Notes: generated by a model from the sequence alone, not told the origin. DNA of 46,318 bases from a virus (IMGVR_UViG_3300028534_000016:92152-138469), one strand, 5' to 3'; shown: positions 7,477-18,533, numbered from the stretch's first letter. Program-made: numbers and translations.

Positions 7477-8703
7477 ATGGCTATCGTTGAGAGCGCTATA
7501 GATGTAGGCACCATATCTACATTAACAAGTTTGGATTTAAGCAGGGTATCAGAAGAAGGTACAGTTAATACAGACACAACTAAGAAGATAGTTACTAATA
7601 AAGATGGTTCTGTAAGAGTAGAGGCATTAGCACCAAAAATAACAAATGATTTAAAAACACTAGGTACTGCAAATGCTATAAATACTAATGATATTAGTAA
7701 TGTAGACAATAGTATTTTTTCAGATATTAAAGTACCTGAACCAAGCATAGGTGATAAACTAATAGGTTTATTTACTCCTAGTACAGATTGTAATACTAAA
7801 GCACCTAGTAAGTATAGATCAACATATAGTAAAAGCAGCAATAATAGAAGTTTAAAGAAAGTTAATCACAATTGTGACCAATACGGTAATCCAGTAACAG
7901 ATGTTATTGTTGGACTAAAAGATTACTCTGCTAAAGAAGATATATTAAATGCTTTTAACGAACCAAAAGTAGATAGCGCTATATCAGATACACTTAAAAC
8001 TTCCTTTAAAGATATTAATAGTTATACTGACCCTAGTAAAGTAGTTTCTGCCACAAAGTCTAACCTATTAAAATTAACACAACAAGGTGGGAGTACACTT
8101 AAAGCAAAAAGCATACTTAATGATGCGCTAACTTTATGTAAGAGTAAAAATAGTCTTAACTTAAATACTAGTAGTTTATTTGATTTATCATATATTAAAT
8201 CTTTATTAGAAAATATTGCTTGTGATTTAGATAATGCTTTACATAATGTGTTAGTATCGGTTATTGGTATTGACCCCACACAAAGCACATCAGCATTACA
8301 AGCAGTAACTAGTATACTCGGCGATAGCAATAATAAAAGCGTTATAGGTAATTTAGGTGTAATACAAGAATTACGAGCAGATGTAGGTGGGGCAAAAGCT
8401 ACTGCTATTACAAAAACTAAATTTAGTAGTATTTTAAAGGGAATAGATAGAGATGAATCTAAGACTGCTAATGCTACAGAAACTAATGATGTTATTTTAA
8501 CTAGTTTAGACACCATAGACCCTACTTGGGATAGAGATGAATTAGGTAATGTTAACTACTTTAAACTTAACGGTAACGATAAAGTATGTAGTACTTCACA
8601 AACAGCATTATTAGATAATTATGGAACAACTCCTTCAGATGGAACTGTTACCGTACAATTAGATAGAACACAAAGCATATCAGTAATGAGTGCATTCGCA
8701 TAA
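7477..8703 (+). CDS. Hypothetical protein, possibly virion/baseplate-associated
   Basis: 408 aa, AAGGAG RBS, LDTIDPTW motif near the C-terminus, located among structural genes. Confidence 0.55.
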   Translation: MAIVESAIDVGTISTLTSLDLSRVSEEGTVNTDTTKKIVTNKDGSVRVEALAPKITNDLKTLGTANAINTNDISNVDNSIFSDIKVPEPSIGDKLIGLFTPSTDCNTKAPSKYRSTYSKSSNNRSLKKVNHNCDQYGNPVTDVIVGLKDYSAKEDILNAFNEPKVDSAISDTLKTSFKDINSYTDPSKVVSATKSNLLKLTQQGGSTLKAKSILNDALTLCKSKNSLNLNTSSLFDLSYIKSLLENIACDLDNALHNVLVSVIGIDPTQSTSALQAVTSILGDSNNKSVIGNLGVIQELRADVGGAKATAITKTKFSSILKGIDRDESKTANATETNDVILTSLDTIDPTWDRDELGNVNYFKLNGNDKVCSTSQTALLDNYGTTPSDGTVTVQLDRTQSISVMSAFA

Positions 8704-8736
8704 CATAGTAACTAGCATTAGCTAGTTACTATGTTA
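8701..8736. terminator. Bidirectional hairpin terminator
   Basis: TAACATAGTAACTAGC-ATTA-GCTAGTTACTATGTTA, 16-bp stem starting at the stop codon, between convergent genes. Confidence 0.78.
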
Positions 8737-8740
8737 TATA

Positions 8741-10864
8741 TTATTTGTTCAGAATTGATGCTTGTGACACGAATCCACCTAAAACGCCATTTAAAGCGTT
8801 TCCTGTCCTCAATCCCCATGAGGATGGTGAAATGGCTTGCTCGTATGACATAAGTGCTCTAGAGAGCTTTAATTTAACTCTAGGAAGGGCATATTTGGAA
8901 TCCAGTAATGAACGAGCAGCTATAACTGAAATATAATTACCTAACGGAGTATCATCATATAACGGGACATTGAATATTTCGTCAAATATAGATGTATTAA
9001 CAGGTGCCGACATAATGTTGCTGAAGTCGGTTACGGTAAATGATACATCTATAGCTAGTGCTTTTCTGTCATTATTAAATCCTAAATTGGAAGTACCTCT
9101 TGTAATGGTTAAATTAGTTATCATTCCTAATTTAATCTTCTGTACACCTTTAGAAAATAAACTACAAAGATATGGTGATGTATAAGATGCTTTACCGGTA
9201 GCTAATGGTAAAGATCCTGCTAACAACATCGCTAATGGAATATAAATATTAGTCATTTGACTAATAGTATTACCATAAGGAGAAATAAGTTTCATTTTAT
9301 ATGTTACTTGCGGTAAACTAACACTGCTATCTTCCCAACGCTTAGGGACATCTATATATCCGCCACCTAATAACGTTTGTAATACATTACTCGCTCCATA
9401 AGTAACTGAATCTAATCCACCCATAATTAAATCTTTAACACCAGAAGCTATAGCTTGTGCTGCTTCCCCTACAATGTTACCGCCAGCTAAATTAAATTTA
9501 ACATCTTTTGATTTTTTACTTAAAGATTTTAATGTACTACCAGTATCTATTTCACCTACACTATTAGAAAACGATTCGGTAACACTACCAGTATATTCTA
9601 CTTCAAAAGCAGCATAAGCACCACCATCTCTTACAGCAGAATCAAAAGCATCTACATAACTTTTTAATTTACTTACTTTTTCTTTATCTTTACTAGTCAT
9701 AGGGTAAGTACCATCTGGTTGTTTACCTATTTCTTTTAAATCAACAACAACTGGATCTGGTTTACCACTAATATCATCTTGTGTAGTAGTTACAGTATCT
9801 TGTGCTGGTTCACTATAGTATTTGTTTTTAGTAACAACTTTATCTATATATTTGCTAAACATAAAAGTACTATTAATGCTATCACCGATACCAGAACCAC
9901 TAGCTTTATCTTCGCTTACAGTATATTTAGTTTTAATATATCCAGCAAAATCTAAATCTGTTTTTTGGTCATATATCTTTTTATCATATAGTGCTTGTTT
10001 ATTAGCCAATGCTTGAGCTTTAGTAGCTATGGCAAATACGTCAATATAATTATTATCCGTAATAATGCCAGGCATCATCTCTTTTAAGTTATTTAAATCA
10101 TCTTGATTTATTTGTACATTAACACCTATCTTGTTAGCTACAGTATTATCATTTGTGAATTCAGGAATAAGTAACCCTAATTCAGTAGCCATATGTGTTG
10201 TTATTGTGTTTACTGTAGCCCAATAGTTATGCATAGTCGGATCTAAATAATAATAATTAAAAGCACCATGTCCAGCTACTAATCCTGCTATAGTTTTAAT
10301 AGTCCAGATAGTAACTGTTATTAGTGGAAAAGCAGCTAACATAATTCCGGCACCTAAGAATTTACCTATGTTATACATATATGGTTTTCTACCAGTATTA
10401 GCTAAAACACTATCTTGATAATCTACTGCTCTAGTAAAGAAATCAAATAATGAGTTAAATTTAGCTATTCCAAATTCCATATATACTATTTGTTTATTAT
10501 CATCTAGCGATTCAGAATAGTATCTACCCATACCGTAGTTACCTGTTGTATCTTCAACTGTAACAGGAGGTAACCCTAATCTTCTACCAGGAATACGTAT
10601 ATCCGCGTATCTAGTATATTGTGGTCTATTATTTATGGCAATATTACCACCCAGTGAGCTATCTGTGAACTTAAAGTTAGCACTACTATAATATCTATTT
10701 ATTTTATCTACTTCGTCTAGATCGTTATCAGTTACCATGAACCTAACTTTGACCCAATCTTTATCTATAATTTTGATATCATTTAGCTTAGCTTTACTTT
10801 CGTCACTTCCTTTGTTTATGTTTGTACCAAATAAGTTACTTTTTGTAAAATCTATAATTGACAT
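8741..10864 (-). CDS. Conserved phiKZ-like virion structural protein (probably gp182-like, tail/baseplate)
   Basis: Start moved to ATG 10864 (AGGAG RBS). Motifs FTDSSLGGNIAIN..PQYTRYADIR, GMGRYYSE, L.SPYGN, ITRGTSNLGF. Confidence 0.7.
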   Translation of the reverse strand: MSIIDFTKSNLFGTNINKGSDESKAKLNDIKIIDKDWVKVRFMVTDNDLDEVDKINRYYSSANFKFTDSSLGGNIAINNRPQYTRYADIRIPGRRLGLPPVTVEDTTGNYGMGRYYSESLDDNKQIVYMEFGIAKFNSLFDFFTRAVDYQDSVLANTGRKPYMYNIGKFLGAGIMLAAFPLITVTIWTIKTIAGLVAGHGAFNYYYLDPTMHNYWATVNTITTHMATELGLLIPEFTNDNTVANKIGVNVQINQDDLNNLKEMMPGIITDNNYIDVFAIATKAQALANKQALYDKKIYDQKTDLDFAGYIKTKYTVSEDKASGSGIGDSINSTFMFSKYIDKVVTKNKYYSEPAQDTVTTTQDDISGKPDPVVVDLKEIGKQPDGTYPMTSKDKEKVSKLKSYVDAFDSAVRDGGAYAAFEVEYTGSVTESFSNSVGEIDTGSTLKSLSKKSKDVKFNLAGGNIVGEAAQAIASGVKDLIMGGLDSVTYGASNVLQTLLGGGYIDVPKRWEDSSVSLPQVTYKMKLISPYGNTISQMTNIYIPLAMLLAGSLPLATGKASYTSPYLCSLFSKGVQKIKLGMITNLTITRGTSNLGFNNDRKALAIDVSFTVTDFSNIMSAPVNTSIFDEIFNVPLYDDTPLGNYISVIAARSLLDSKYALPRVKLKLSRALMSYEQAISPSSWGLRTGNALNGVLGGFVSQASILNK

Positions 10865-10904
10865 GTTGTCTCCTAGTATAATCAATGAAAAAAGAATTAT
10901 AGTA

Positions 10905-10934
10905 TAACTATACTAGGAATTCCTAGTATAGTTA
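10905..10934. terminator. Perfect 30-bp palindrome overlapping the protease stop codon
   Basis: TAACTATACTAGGAA/TTCCTAGTATAGTTA. Confidence 0.72.
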
Positions 10935-11687
10935 CCATTGTTCGATTACGTCGCTATTATTATCATTACAGTTAATGATAAGTTCTTTAACCATTTCTCT
11001 TTCTGTATTAGATTCAAGACTACAAGCAAAACATTCATCTACTTCATCACCGTCAGCAATATCGTCTAAATCCATAACAATAGAGTCCATAGATTCAATA
11101 CTTAACTCTTTCCACTTAGTAGCGTATTTAATACCTGGTTCGTTAACATAATCATATGTGATAAGTTGCACTATTTTCTTTATAACGATACCATTAACAA
11201 ATGTATTCTTTGTTAAACATCTAACCGAGAAAGCTACGTTTTCTTCAGGATTATCTAAAGCTTTTTGTAAGAAATCTCCTTTAGGTCCTGATGGTTTAAC
11301 CCATCCCTTAACAAGAATAACATTACCTTTACCAGGAACACCGCTATCTATATTGGATTCTTCTAGAACTAATTCTCTAATATGTACACATACATTTTCT
11401 TCATAGATTTTTAAATTTCTAGCTAAAAATTGGTCTCTAGTCATACCAGGTACAAACTTAGGATGACCAACTTCACCTCTTAATGCTCCAGTCTTTAATC
11501 TTCTCATAAGAGTAGAATTATTATCTGTAAACATATTTCTTACATCATCAGCAGTATAGAACTCACCAGCAGAGTTAATAACATTAAGAGCACCTAATGT
11601 TACAAAGTAATAACCTTTGTCATCTTTCTCTAAAGTTCTATTATCTGTTGTAGACTTAACAGTTGAAAAAACTATTTTATTTCCCAT
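10932..11687 (-). CDS. Prohead (head maturation) serine protease (phiKZ gp175-like)
   Basis: LRGEVGHP (His), AFSVR (Ser), TYDYVNEPGI, C-terminal SIE/SLE self-cleavage motifs. Synteny with the vRNAP cluster. Confidence 0.88.
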   Translation of the reverse strand: MGNKIVFSTVKSTTDNRTLEKDDKGYYFVTLGALNVINSAGEFYTADDVRNMFTDNNSTLMRRLKTGALRGEVGHPKFVPGMTRDQFLARNLKIYEENVCVHIRELVLEESNIDSGVPGKGNVILVKGWVKPSGPKGDFLQKALDNPEENVAFSVRCLTKNTFVNGIVIKKIVQLITYDYVNEPGIKYATKWKELSIESMDSIVMDLDDIADGDEVDECFACSLESNTEREMVKELIINCNDNNSDVIEQW

Positions 11688-11695
11688 ATTTTATC

Positions 11696-12427
11696 CTATG
11701 CACGAAGTATCTCTTCGATTTTTGTAGTATCTTTTTCTTTATTCACGATAGCACTAATGACACCTTTACTGTAATAACTACCAGTAAGTTTACTAACAGT
11801 ATTATCAAAAGTATAAAATAAGTTAAGTAACCCGACATATTCAGGATGTACTTCTTTAAGTACTTTTTTATCTTTAAGTAACTCACGATATAATTTACTT
11901 TTGTCATTAGGATTCTTGGCAACAATACTTGCGAGTATTTCTGTTACTATAGGGTTGTCTCCTAAATTACTATTAGCATATTTATCAGTTTGTTTAAAGA
12001 TATCGATAATATCGTCATATTCCATAAACCACGGAATCTTACCGTTAATATAAAATTCGTTAAATAAATCAAACAAGAATTTGTTATTAACTACCATTTT
12101 GTTATTGTTGGTAAAATTAGTTCCTTCTGGAAATTCTAAAACTTTATTAACAACACCATTAACTTCGATAAATTTAATATTGCTAGGAGTCAATTCCATA
12201 AAGATAGGTAAGTTACTTACAGCATAGTTACCATCATCATCTAGTACGGCATAAATATTAACTATCCTAACAGGATTACCCAAGATAGCTAATTTTTTAC
12301 TTTCATAAGATTCTGGGTAAATTACTCGTAAGTTTTTATTAACTACTATAGTGTCACCTATAGTAGTCATTGCTTGTTTTATTTTGTTCGCGTCTCTTTT
12401 GAGTTTTTTAGGATCTAATATATCCAT
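11696..12427 (-). CDS. Conserved virion protein (phiKZ gp176-like, possibly vRNAP-associated)
   Basis: 243 aa next to the protease. Motifs GKIPWFM.Y.D, KLTGSY, IEEILRA. Confidence 0.65.
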   Translation of the reverse strand: MDILDPKKLKRDANKIKQAMTTIGDTIVVNKNLRVIYPESYESKKLAILGNPVRIVNIYAVLDDDGNYAVSNLPIFMELTPSNIKFIEVNGVVNKVLEFPEGTNFTNNNKMVVNNKFLFDLFNEFYINGKIPWFMEYDDIIDIFKQTDKYANSNLGDNPIVTEILASIVAKNPNDKSKLYRELLKDKKVLKEVHPEYVGLLNLFYTFDNTVSKLTGSYYSKGVISAIVNKEKDTTKIEEILRA

Positions 12428-12436
12428 AGGATATCC

Positions 12437-13720
12437 TTATTTTGTAGTTACCTGCATAGTAAGATAATCGATAACCATATCTAATACAGCTAATGATGCT
12501 ACTTCTTTAGAATTGAGTTCAGGGTTAGTTTTACTGTAATCTGTCATATTTTCTAAGAACTTCTCAAAGTTTTCATTATCAAAAATATATTCAGAGATTA
12601 ACTCTCTTGACATAGCTACAGTATCTTTAAGTTCATAAAGTGGCTCATTACGTACTTCATCTCTAATAATGTTTTCAAGTTGACCAACATTATCATTAAC
12701 TAAGTATTCGTTAATTTCAGAAGGAGCTTCTTTAAGTGCATCTCCTATAGCTACAGTATAAGCCATTCTGTAAATACCTATTTCATCAACAGCTAGTTTT
12801 TTCATTTTAACGTATTGCTTCCAATTAGCAGCATAAACATCAGCACTAGTTTTAATATCATACAGATAGTGTTTATTAACTAATTTAGCATCTTTATCGA
12901 TAGCCAAACCAAATAGTACTTCAACAGGAAACTCTTTTAAGAATTCGCCATATACTTCTTTATGTACGTATACAGTTTTACCATCTACTTTAGCAACTAA
13001 ACGTTTAGTATCCAATGCGTTTAGCATTTGTTTATAAATATACGTTAAATCATTACGTAGTTTATCTTTAAGTAAACCCATAACTTTATTGTATGTTTCA
13101 GCACTAGCAACAATTCCTTCTGGAATATTATCCATAAGTTTGTCTGTTAATAAATATGTTAACATAACTTCATTAACATTGATAGGTGCATAAATGCGTA
13201 CCATAGTTAAATTGTCGTTACTTTTAGAGATATTTCCTAAATACTTTTCCCATACATTAAGTAGTTCTTCATCTGTGAATTCGTTAAGTAATTCATTAAT
13301 GTAATCGTTAATGATAGGTGATTCAGAATGTAAATATCTCTTAATATCTTCAACACTTGGTGTAGGTATACTGATACTAGAAATAGGTAGGATTACTTGT
13401 GAATCACTAGCACCAATAATATCACGCTTAACATACTCTTTTAAAATTAATGGCACCTCAATAGTTTCGACTTCGATATCGTTAATGTTAATATTGCTTA
13501 ATCTTTGGTTAACAATTTCTTCTACTTTACTTCTGTAATCCTTAATAAACGGAATAAGTAAATTACGATAAGTAGAAACCTCATTAGCGATTAGTGAACT
13601 TAGTTTAATAACTACTTCATCTTGATTGTCTACAACCAATACACTATTAGCTTTAGGTGCTAGTACTTTATTTTTATTAGCTAATTCAATAGCTATTGTT
13701 TTTAATGCTTCGTTAATCAT
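12437..13720 (-). CDS. Putative virion protein (phiKZ gp177 position)
   Basis: 427 aa, AAGGA RBS. Call rests on synteny between vRNAP beta and the gp176-like gene. Confidence 0.5.
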   Translation of the reverse strand: MINEALKTIAIELANKNKVLAPKANSVLVVDNQDEVVIKLSSLIANEVSTYRNLLIPFIKDYRSKVEEIVNQRLSNININDIEVETIEVPLILKEYVKRDIIGASDSQVILPISSISIPTPSVEDIKRYLHSESPIINDYINELLNEFTDEELLNVWEKYLGNISKSNDNLTMVRIYAPINVNEVMLTYLLTDKLMDNIPEGIVASAETYNKVMGLLKDKLRNDLTYIYKQMLNALDTKRLVAKVDGKTVYVHKEVYGEFLKEFPVEVLFGLAIDKDAKLVNKHYLYDIKTSADVYAANWKQYVKMKKLAVDEIGIYRMAYTVAIGDALKEAPSEINEYLVNDNVGQLENIIRDEVRNEPLYELKDTVAMSRELISEYIFDNENFEKFLENMTDYSKTNPELNSKEVASLAVLDMVIDYLTMQVTTK

Positions 13721-13729
13721 TAGTTATCC

Positions 13730-13939
13730 TTATAAAAGTTTATTTTTAAGTTTAGTAGTAATTAGTGTATCAATTACTTCGCTATTTTCTTCAGAAGCAG
13801 GATAAAGGATATCATCTTTATCAGTAGTTACTTTTACAATAACTCTTTTAGCTAATGTAGCCATCTCTTCTAAAATTCCATAATTTAAATTTACTCGCTC
13901 GTCGCGACTAATTTCTTGTATTGCTTTTGCATCAAACAT
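13730..13939 (-). CDS. Hypothetical protein (69 aa)
   Basis: ATG with AAGGA RBS, fills the gap in the operon. Confidence 0.65.
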   Translation of the reverse strand: MFDAKAIQEISRDERVNLNYGILEEMATLAKRVIVKVTTDKDDILYPASEENSEVIDTLITTKLKNKLL

Positions 13940-13995
13940 ATTTTTTCCTTAATAATGTAGTATCTCTAGAGATATTAATTCAATTAATATCTCTA

Positions 13996-16900
13996 TTATT
14001 CCTTACCGAAGTAAGTTTCAACTGCCTTTTCAGACAATACTTCAAGTACTTTACTAGTAGTACCTATAATATACGGCGAGTTAACAATCCTTGCAGAAAT
14101 AGATTTAAATCCAAATAACGCATCTATTTCAGTACCATCTTCTGCGGACATAGTATAATCATACACTTCACTTACAGTACTTTTTAATTGGTTAGCAAAT
14201 ATTAACTTATCAGCTACACCCATAGATTCTTTGGTATCTATATAAATCTTAATCTCTACTTGTCCTTCTAATAAAGGTTTACCTTGTATAGAATAACCAG
14301 AAGTAACTTGTCCAGTTATATCTTTTTTACCTAAATTACGCTGTAATTCTTTATCGCTTTGTTTAGCTAGTTCTTGTAACTCATCACTTAGCTCTTCAAA
14401 AGGACTATTGTAATAGATTTCAATCTTATTCACAATACCTTTATATTTAGATTTAGGACTAGCTTGCTTTAAACGTTTAAGTGCTTCCAAAGTTTCTTTG
14501 TCTAAACCTTTTAGTTTATAAACACTAGCATCACTTATGCTGAACAATACAGTATTAGGTTCTAACTTATCACCTTCTTTAACCATATCCAACACGATAT
14601 CAGTATTATTAACTACAATAGATTTTACTTTAGTTACTGTAGTAGTTAAAAGTTTAGAAGTCTTTTTACTAATAGAAGATGAATCCTCAAATGTATTAGG
14701 GTCTTCCATTAATGCAACATTGATATTGACAGAAGTTTTATAAACTGACCTACCTGGTTGAAAAATATCTTCCTCGAAGAAAGCTGGATCGTAAAGAAGT
14801 GTATCAAATTTCTTAAACTTATTACCTTTCTTAAGACTAGTGATTAACTTGTGAGAATAAGTAGCTCCAGATTCTTCTTTAGTAGTCCATTTCTTAATAG
14901 GATATTTAACAGTTTCAGTTTTATATTGTACTTTTAAATAACTTTTAGTTACTTCTAAGACTTTACCATCTTCTTTGGCATGCACAATATATTTATCAGA
15001 CATACGAAATGGAACAACTGCTTCATATCCTGTTCTTACAGGTGATACTTTAGCACCATCAATAGGAATAACATGGGACGCCATAATATTGGCAAAGTTG
15101 GACCTTTTGGGGTCATCTTTATTAGCTGCCGGAGATAATAATGCTACTGCTGACATGGTTCGTGCTTGGCTGTCTTTTTTACTATCGTATTGACCAACTA
15201 TACCTCTAACTGATTCTATTTTAGGGTTAGCTGTTAAGAACATAGAAATACCAACATCACTACTATCCCTAGTAGCTTCTGAAACAATACCTATTTCACT
15301 AGGATGCAGTACTCTGGTATCTCTATTCATAGTTACTTTACTTCTACCACCAAATCCTAAGTTACCGACATCATCATGTTGTTTAAGTTCAGCCATAGGA
15401 TTTAGGTCATCTACCAATACCGTAGTACTATCTTCATTTAGTTTAGCAATAATACTATATGGTTTCATATTGAGTTTAGCTTTACCAAATACACTTCTGT
15501 TTTCGTAATCTCTAACGCTTTTAACTAATTCGTTATATAACATACCTGAGATACGCTCATAACCTTTAATTACTGTATTACGTATATCATTAGGGTTTAC
15601 ATAGTTATCATCTGTCAACAACTCTACTGCTCTTAATAATAACTTAGTAAACAATGTAGGTTCTTTTAACTCCTCTAATAATGTTTTAGTAATAGGGTCT
15701 ATATACATGTTTAGCAATATTTTAATCTCGTTAATATAACTAACTGGTAATTCCATCATGTTAAACAATGCTAGATATGTGTTCTTATTGTTCATGTGTT
15801 TAAGAGACATTTGTTTAATATATTTTTGTATACTAAGATACCCGCTAAACAATAGGTCGTTAACACCACCATCTTTCTTAATGATTAATTTATAGTCGCT
15901 AAACTTTATAACATATTCATCATTATTAACAGGTACTCTCTTATTAACTTCTTCTTTTACATATTCGGCTTTAGTAACTTTCAATAGTTTTTCTAAACCA
16001 TAATAGTAACCTAAGATAGCTACAATAGGGAATGTTTTACTATAGATTTTCATACTAGCATGTTCTATAGGCATAGTACTCGTACCTAATTCTAGTAACT
16101 CGAATAATGAAGGTAATTCTACATAACTATTATCTTTATGTAACCATAATTTATCATCTTGATCCATCAGAATAGCATTTTTACCATTTTTACCAATAAT
16201 AACCATATCGTTATTTTCTACATCTTTTAAATCAGTAACATTCTTCAATTTTAAGATTTTATATCTGTTAGGATAGTCAAAATTGAATTCATACTTACCT
16301 TTAGTAAAAGATTTAGTGTAACGAATAATCTTACCATATAATTTAGGTAATTTAACATCGGTTACTTTAACTGGTATAAACACTAAATCTTTTAAATTAG
16401 TATTCTCTTCTTGATATTGTTTTAGTAACTGTTTTTTAATCCAGAATCCAACATCATCTTTTTTAAAGTTAGCTTTAGTAATAAATAATTTACCATAATA
16501 ACTTGTTAATGCTACCTCAGTATTAGATATCTTTCTAATAGGTAAATCACTCTTTTGCTTTCTTAAATAATACTTATTTTTACTTAAAACAAATGTACCA
16601 TCTTCTTCTACTTTAGGTAATGTAAAATTAAGTTTATGTGGTTTACCATCTAAACCTAAAATACTTATAGTGTATTCTAATGTACTACCCATAATATTAG
16701 TATTTTCTGTTATATCAATATCTTCTACTATAAAGTTATTACCCTCAATACCAGTAATTACATTAAGAATATCTTTATGCATAACTTGATTAATGTATTT
16801 CTTCTCTATAATACCTACAGTATCTACTAGTTGATCTTTATCTTTTACAATGCTATCTTGTGGAATAGTGTTAAGACTAGTATCTACCGTAAAATCTTCT

Positions 16901-18126
16901 TTACTATATTTAGTAAGTTCTATTAAGGTACCCTTTTTACCATTAGGTAATTTTAATATTTTTTTACTTTGATTCTCTAATACTGTTTCAATCTTTTCTA
17001 TTTGTTTTTTGCTAATAAGTTTTTCTTCTTTTAATTTATTAACTTTATGTTTGAGTTTTTCTTTATTGTCTTTAGCCACTATATCTATGTTGTCTTCTAA
17101 AGTATCTTCTAACTCATTTGTATTTAAATTTTCTACTACTTCTTCATCGATACTTTCTTCTATATTTTTGTCATCTACTGGGTCATCTACTAAATCTGTT
17201 AAATCAGTTATATTATCAACTGGTAATGTATTTTCTTTAGTATTGATTATTTCGTCTAAATGTTTTGGTATAGTCGCGATTACTTTTGTTAAAAAAAGAT
17301 AAAATAACTTTCTTACAGTAAATGCATTATATTTGGTTAACTTAGATTTAATATCGTAGTCTTTTACTATACTCATTAAGATACCTAGATTAACGATAAC
17401 AACTTTACTGTTTAAGCTAAACAACAGTGTTACATCATTCATCTCTTCTTCTGGTATTTGGTTAAGCAAACTTGTTTCTCTTAGTTCTGGAGTTAATAGT
17501 CTCCAAATATCTAATAAGTCTAAATGTGAATTAGTATTAAAGTACTCTAAACCTCTTCTATCTAACTTAGCAGCATATTTTTCAAATATCTTTCTTTCAG
17601 GAATGACAAAGGGAATTTTAATTAAGAGAAATTTATTTTTATTAGAACCAGTCATATCACTACGTAATGTTTTACAAACAGTACCAAAAGCATTATACCA
17701 TTTGTAGTAATTATTCATTGGATGTTGACTATATTTATGTATAGGATTAATAACACCATAATTAAATATGAGTAATTTCTTATTACTAACACTTATGTTT
17801 TTAGTATTAGGTTTAAGAAACTTAAATCCCTTAGCATCACTCTTAAACTTTTGTATTAGTCTGTTTACATTAATATCTGTACGTTTTTTAAACTTACCTA
17901 TAGTTTCTATTTCATAATCTGTAGGTGTAACTACAACAGGTAATTTAAGATTTTTTAAATAACCGTATTCTCTACTAGGAGCTGTTATTATTTCTTGTAT
18001 GTTATTCCAGAATAACATTGAATCCATAGGGAATTCAAGTTCATTATCTGATAATACTTTTGGGTCTACAAAATCTGCTATCTTTCTAGTACCCACATCT
18101 AAATAAAATTGTGTATATTTTTGCAT
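13996..18126 (-). CDS. rpoB: Virion RNA polymerase beta subunit, N-terminal part (phiKZ gp178-like)
   Basis: 1376 aa. Motifs G.GGRS, GIVSEATRDSSDVG, DDPKR.NF, VRTGYE, TFEDSS, GVADKLIFANQLKS, SISARIVNSP. Confidence 0.9.
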   Translation of the reverse strand: MQKYTQFYLDVGTRKIADFVDPKVLSDNELEFPMDSMLFWNNIQEIITAPSREYGYLKNLKLPVVVTPTDYEIETIGKFKKRTDINVNRLIQKFKSDAKGFKFLKPNTKNISVSNKKLLIFNYGVINPIHKYSQHPMNNYYKWYNAFGTVCKTLRSDMTGSNKNKFLLIKIPFVIPERKIFEKYAAKLDRRGLEYFNTNSHLDLLDIWRLLTPELRETSLLNQIPEEEMNDVTLLFSLNSKVVIVNLGILMSIVKDYDIKSKLTKYNAFTVRKLFYLFLTKVIATIPKHLDEIINTKENTLPVDNITDLTDLVDDPVDDKNIEESIDEEVVENLNTNELEDTLEDNIDIVAKDNKEKLKHKVNKLKEEKLISKKQIEKIETVLENQSKKILKLPNGKKGTLIELTKYSKEDFTVDTSLNTIPQDSIVKDKDQLVDTVGIIEKKYINQVMHKDILNVITGIEGNNFIVEDIDITENTNIMGSTLEYTISILGLDGKPHKLNFTLPKVEEDGTFVLSKNKYYLRKQKSDLPIRKISNTEVALTSYYGKLFITKANFKKDDVGFWIKKQLLKQYQEENTNLKDLVFIPVKVTDVKLPKLYGKIIRYTKSFTKGKYEFNFDYPNRYKILKLKNVTDLKDVENNDMVIIGKNGKNAILMDQDDKLWLHKDNSYVELPSLFELLELGTSTMPIEHASMKIYSKTFPIVAILGYYYGLEKLLKVTKAEYVKEEVNKRVPVNNDEYVIKFSDYKLIIKKDGGVNDLLFSGYLSIQKYIKQMSLKHMNNKNTYLALFNMMELPVSYINEIKILLNMYIDPITKTLLEELKEPTLFTKLLLRAVELLTDDNYVNPNDIRNTVIKGYERISGMLYNELVKSVRDYENRSVFGKAKLNMKPYSIIAKLNEDSTTVLVDDLNPMAELKQHDDVGNLGFGGRSKVTMNRDTRVLHPSEIGIVSEATRDSSDVGISMFLTANPKIESVRGIVGQYDSKKDSQARTMSAVALLSPAANKDDPKRSNFANIMASHVIPIDGAKVSPVRTGYEAVVPFRMSDKYIVHAKEDGKVLEVTKSYLKVQYKTETVKYPIKKWTTKEESGATYSHKLITSLKKGNKFKKFDTLLYDPAFFEEDIFQPGRSVYKTSVNINVALMEDPNTFEDSSSISKKTSKLLTTTVTKVKSIVVNNTDIVLDMVKEGDKLEPNTVLFSISDASVYKLKGLDKETLEALKRLKQASPKSKYKGIVNKIEIYYNSPFEELSDELQELAKQSDKELQRNLGKKDITGQVTSGYSIQGKPLLEGQVEIKIYIDTKESMGVADKLIFANQLKSTVSEVYDYTMSAEDGTEIDALFGFKSISARIVNSPYIIGTTSKVLEVLSEKAVETYFGKE

Positions 18127-18177
18127 TGGTATTCCTTCTCACATGCGTTAATCAATGAATATTGAAACAAAGAAATA

Positions 18178-18209
18178 AGATAACAACAGGTTATAACCTG
18201 TTGTTATCT
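18178..18209. terminator. Perfect 32-bp palindrome
   Basis: AGATAACAACAGGTTA/TAACCTGTTGTTATCT, overlapping the TAG of the 18208-18525 ORF. Confidence 0.72.
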
Positions 18210-18525
18210 ATCTATTCTTAACACAACCACAATTAAGGGTTTTTCCTTCAAGTATACGTTTAATAGAAGCTTCCCATGTATTACCGCATTCGGGACAAAT
18301 AAAAGTAGCTCTATGTATATAGTTAACTACTCTTTGTTTACCCCAATAGCGGATACCATTTTTTACTTCTTCACCTAACTTAGCAGTAAAGATAAACTCT
18401 TTTTGTTTCTTGTCTGATTTTTTTAATCTTTTTAACGATCTTAAATCGTTATAATCAAAATCCTCATAAACTGATTCACCATAATCAATATTTTCATCAT
18501 TTGGCGTATCGTGGTCTTGTAACAT
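18208..18525 (-). CDS. Small zinc-ribbon protein, possible homing-endonuclease remnant
   Basis: CPECG...ASIKRILEGKTLNCGC resembles the Cys module of HNH/AP2-type phage endonucleases. No nuclease domain seen. Confidence 0.55.
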   Translation of the reverse strand: MLQDHDTPNDENIDYGESVYEDFDYNDLRSLKRLKKSDKKQKEFIFTAKLGEEVKNGIRYWGKQRVVNYIHRATFICPECGNTWEASIKRILEGKTLNCGCVKNR

Positions 18526-18533
18526 TGTATTTC

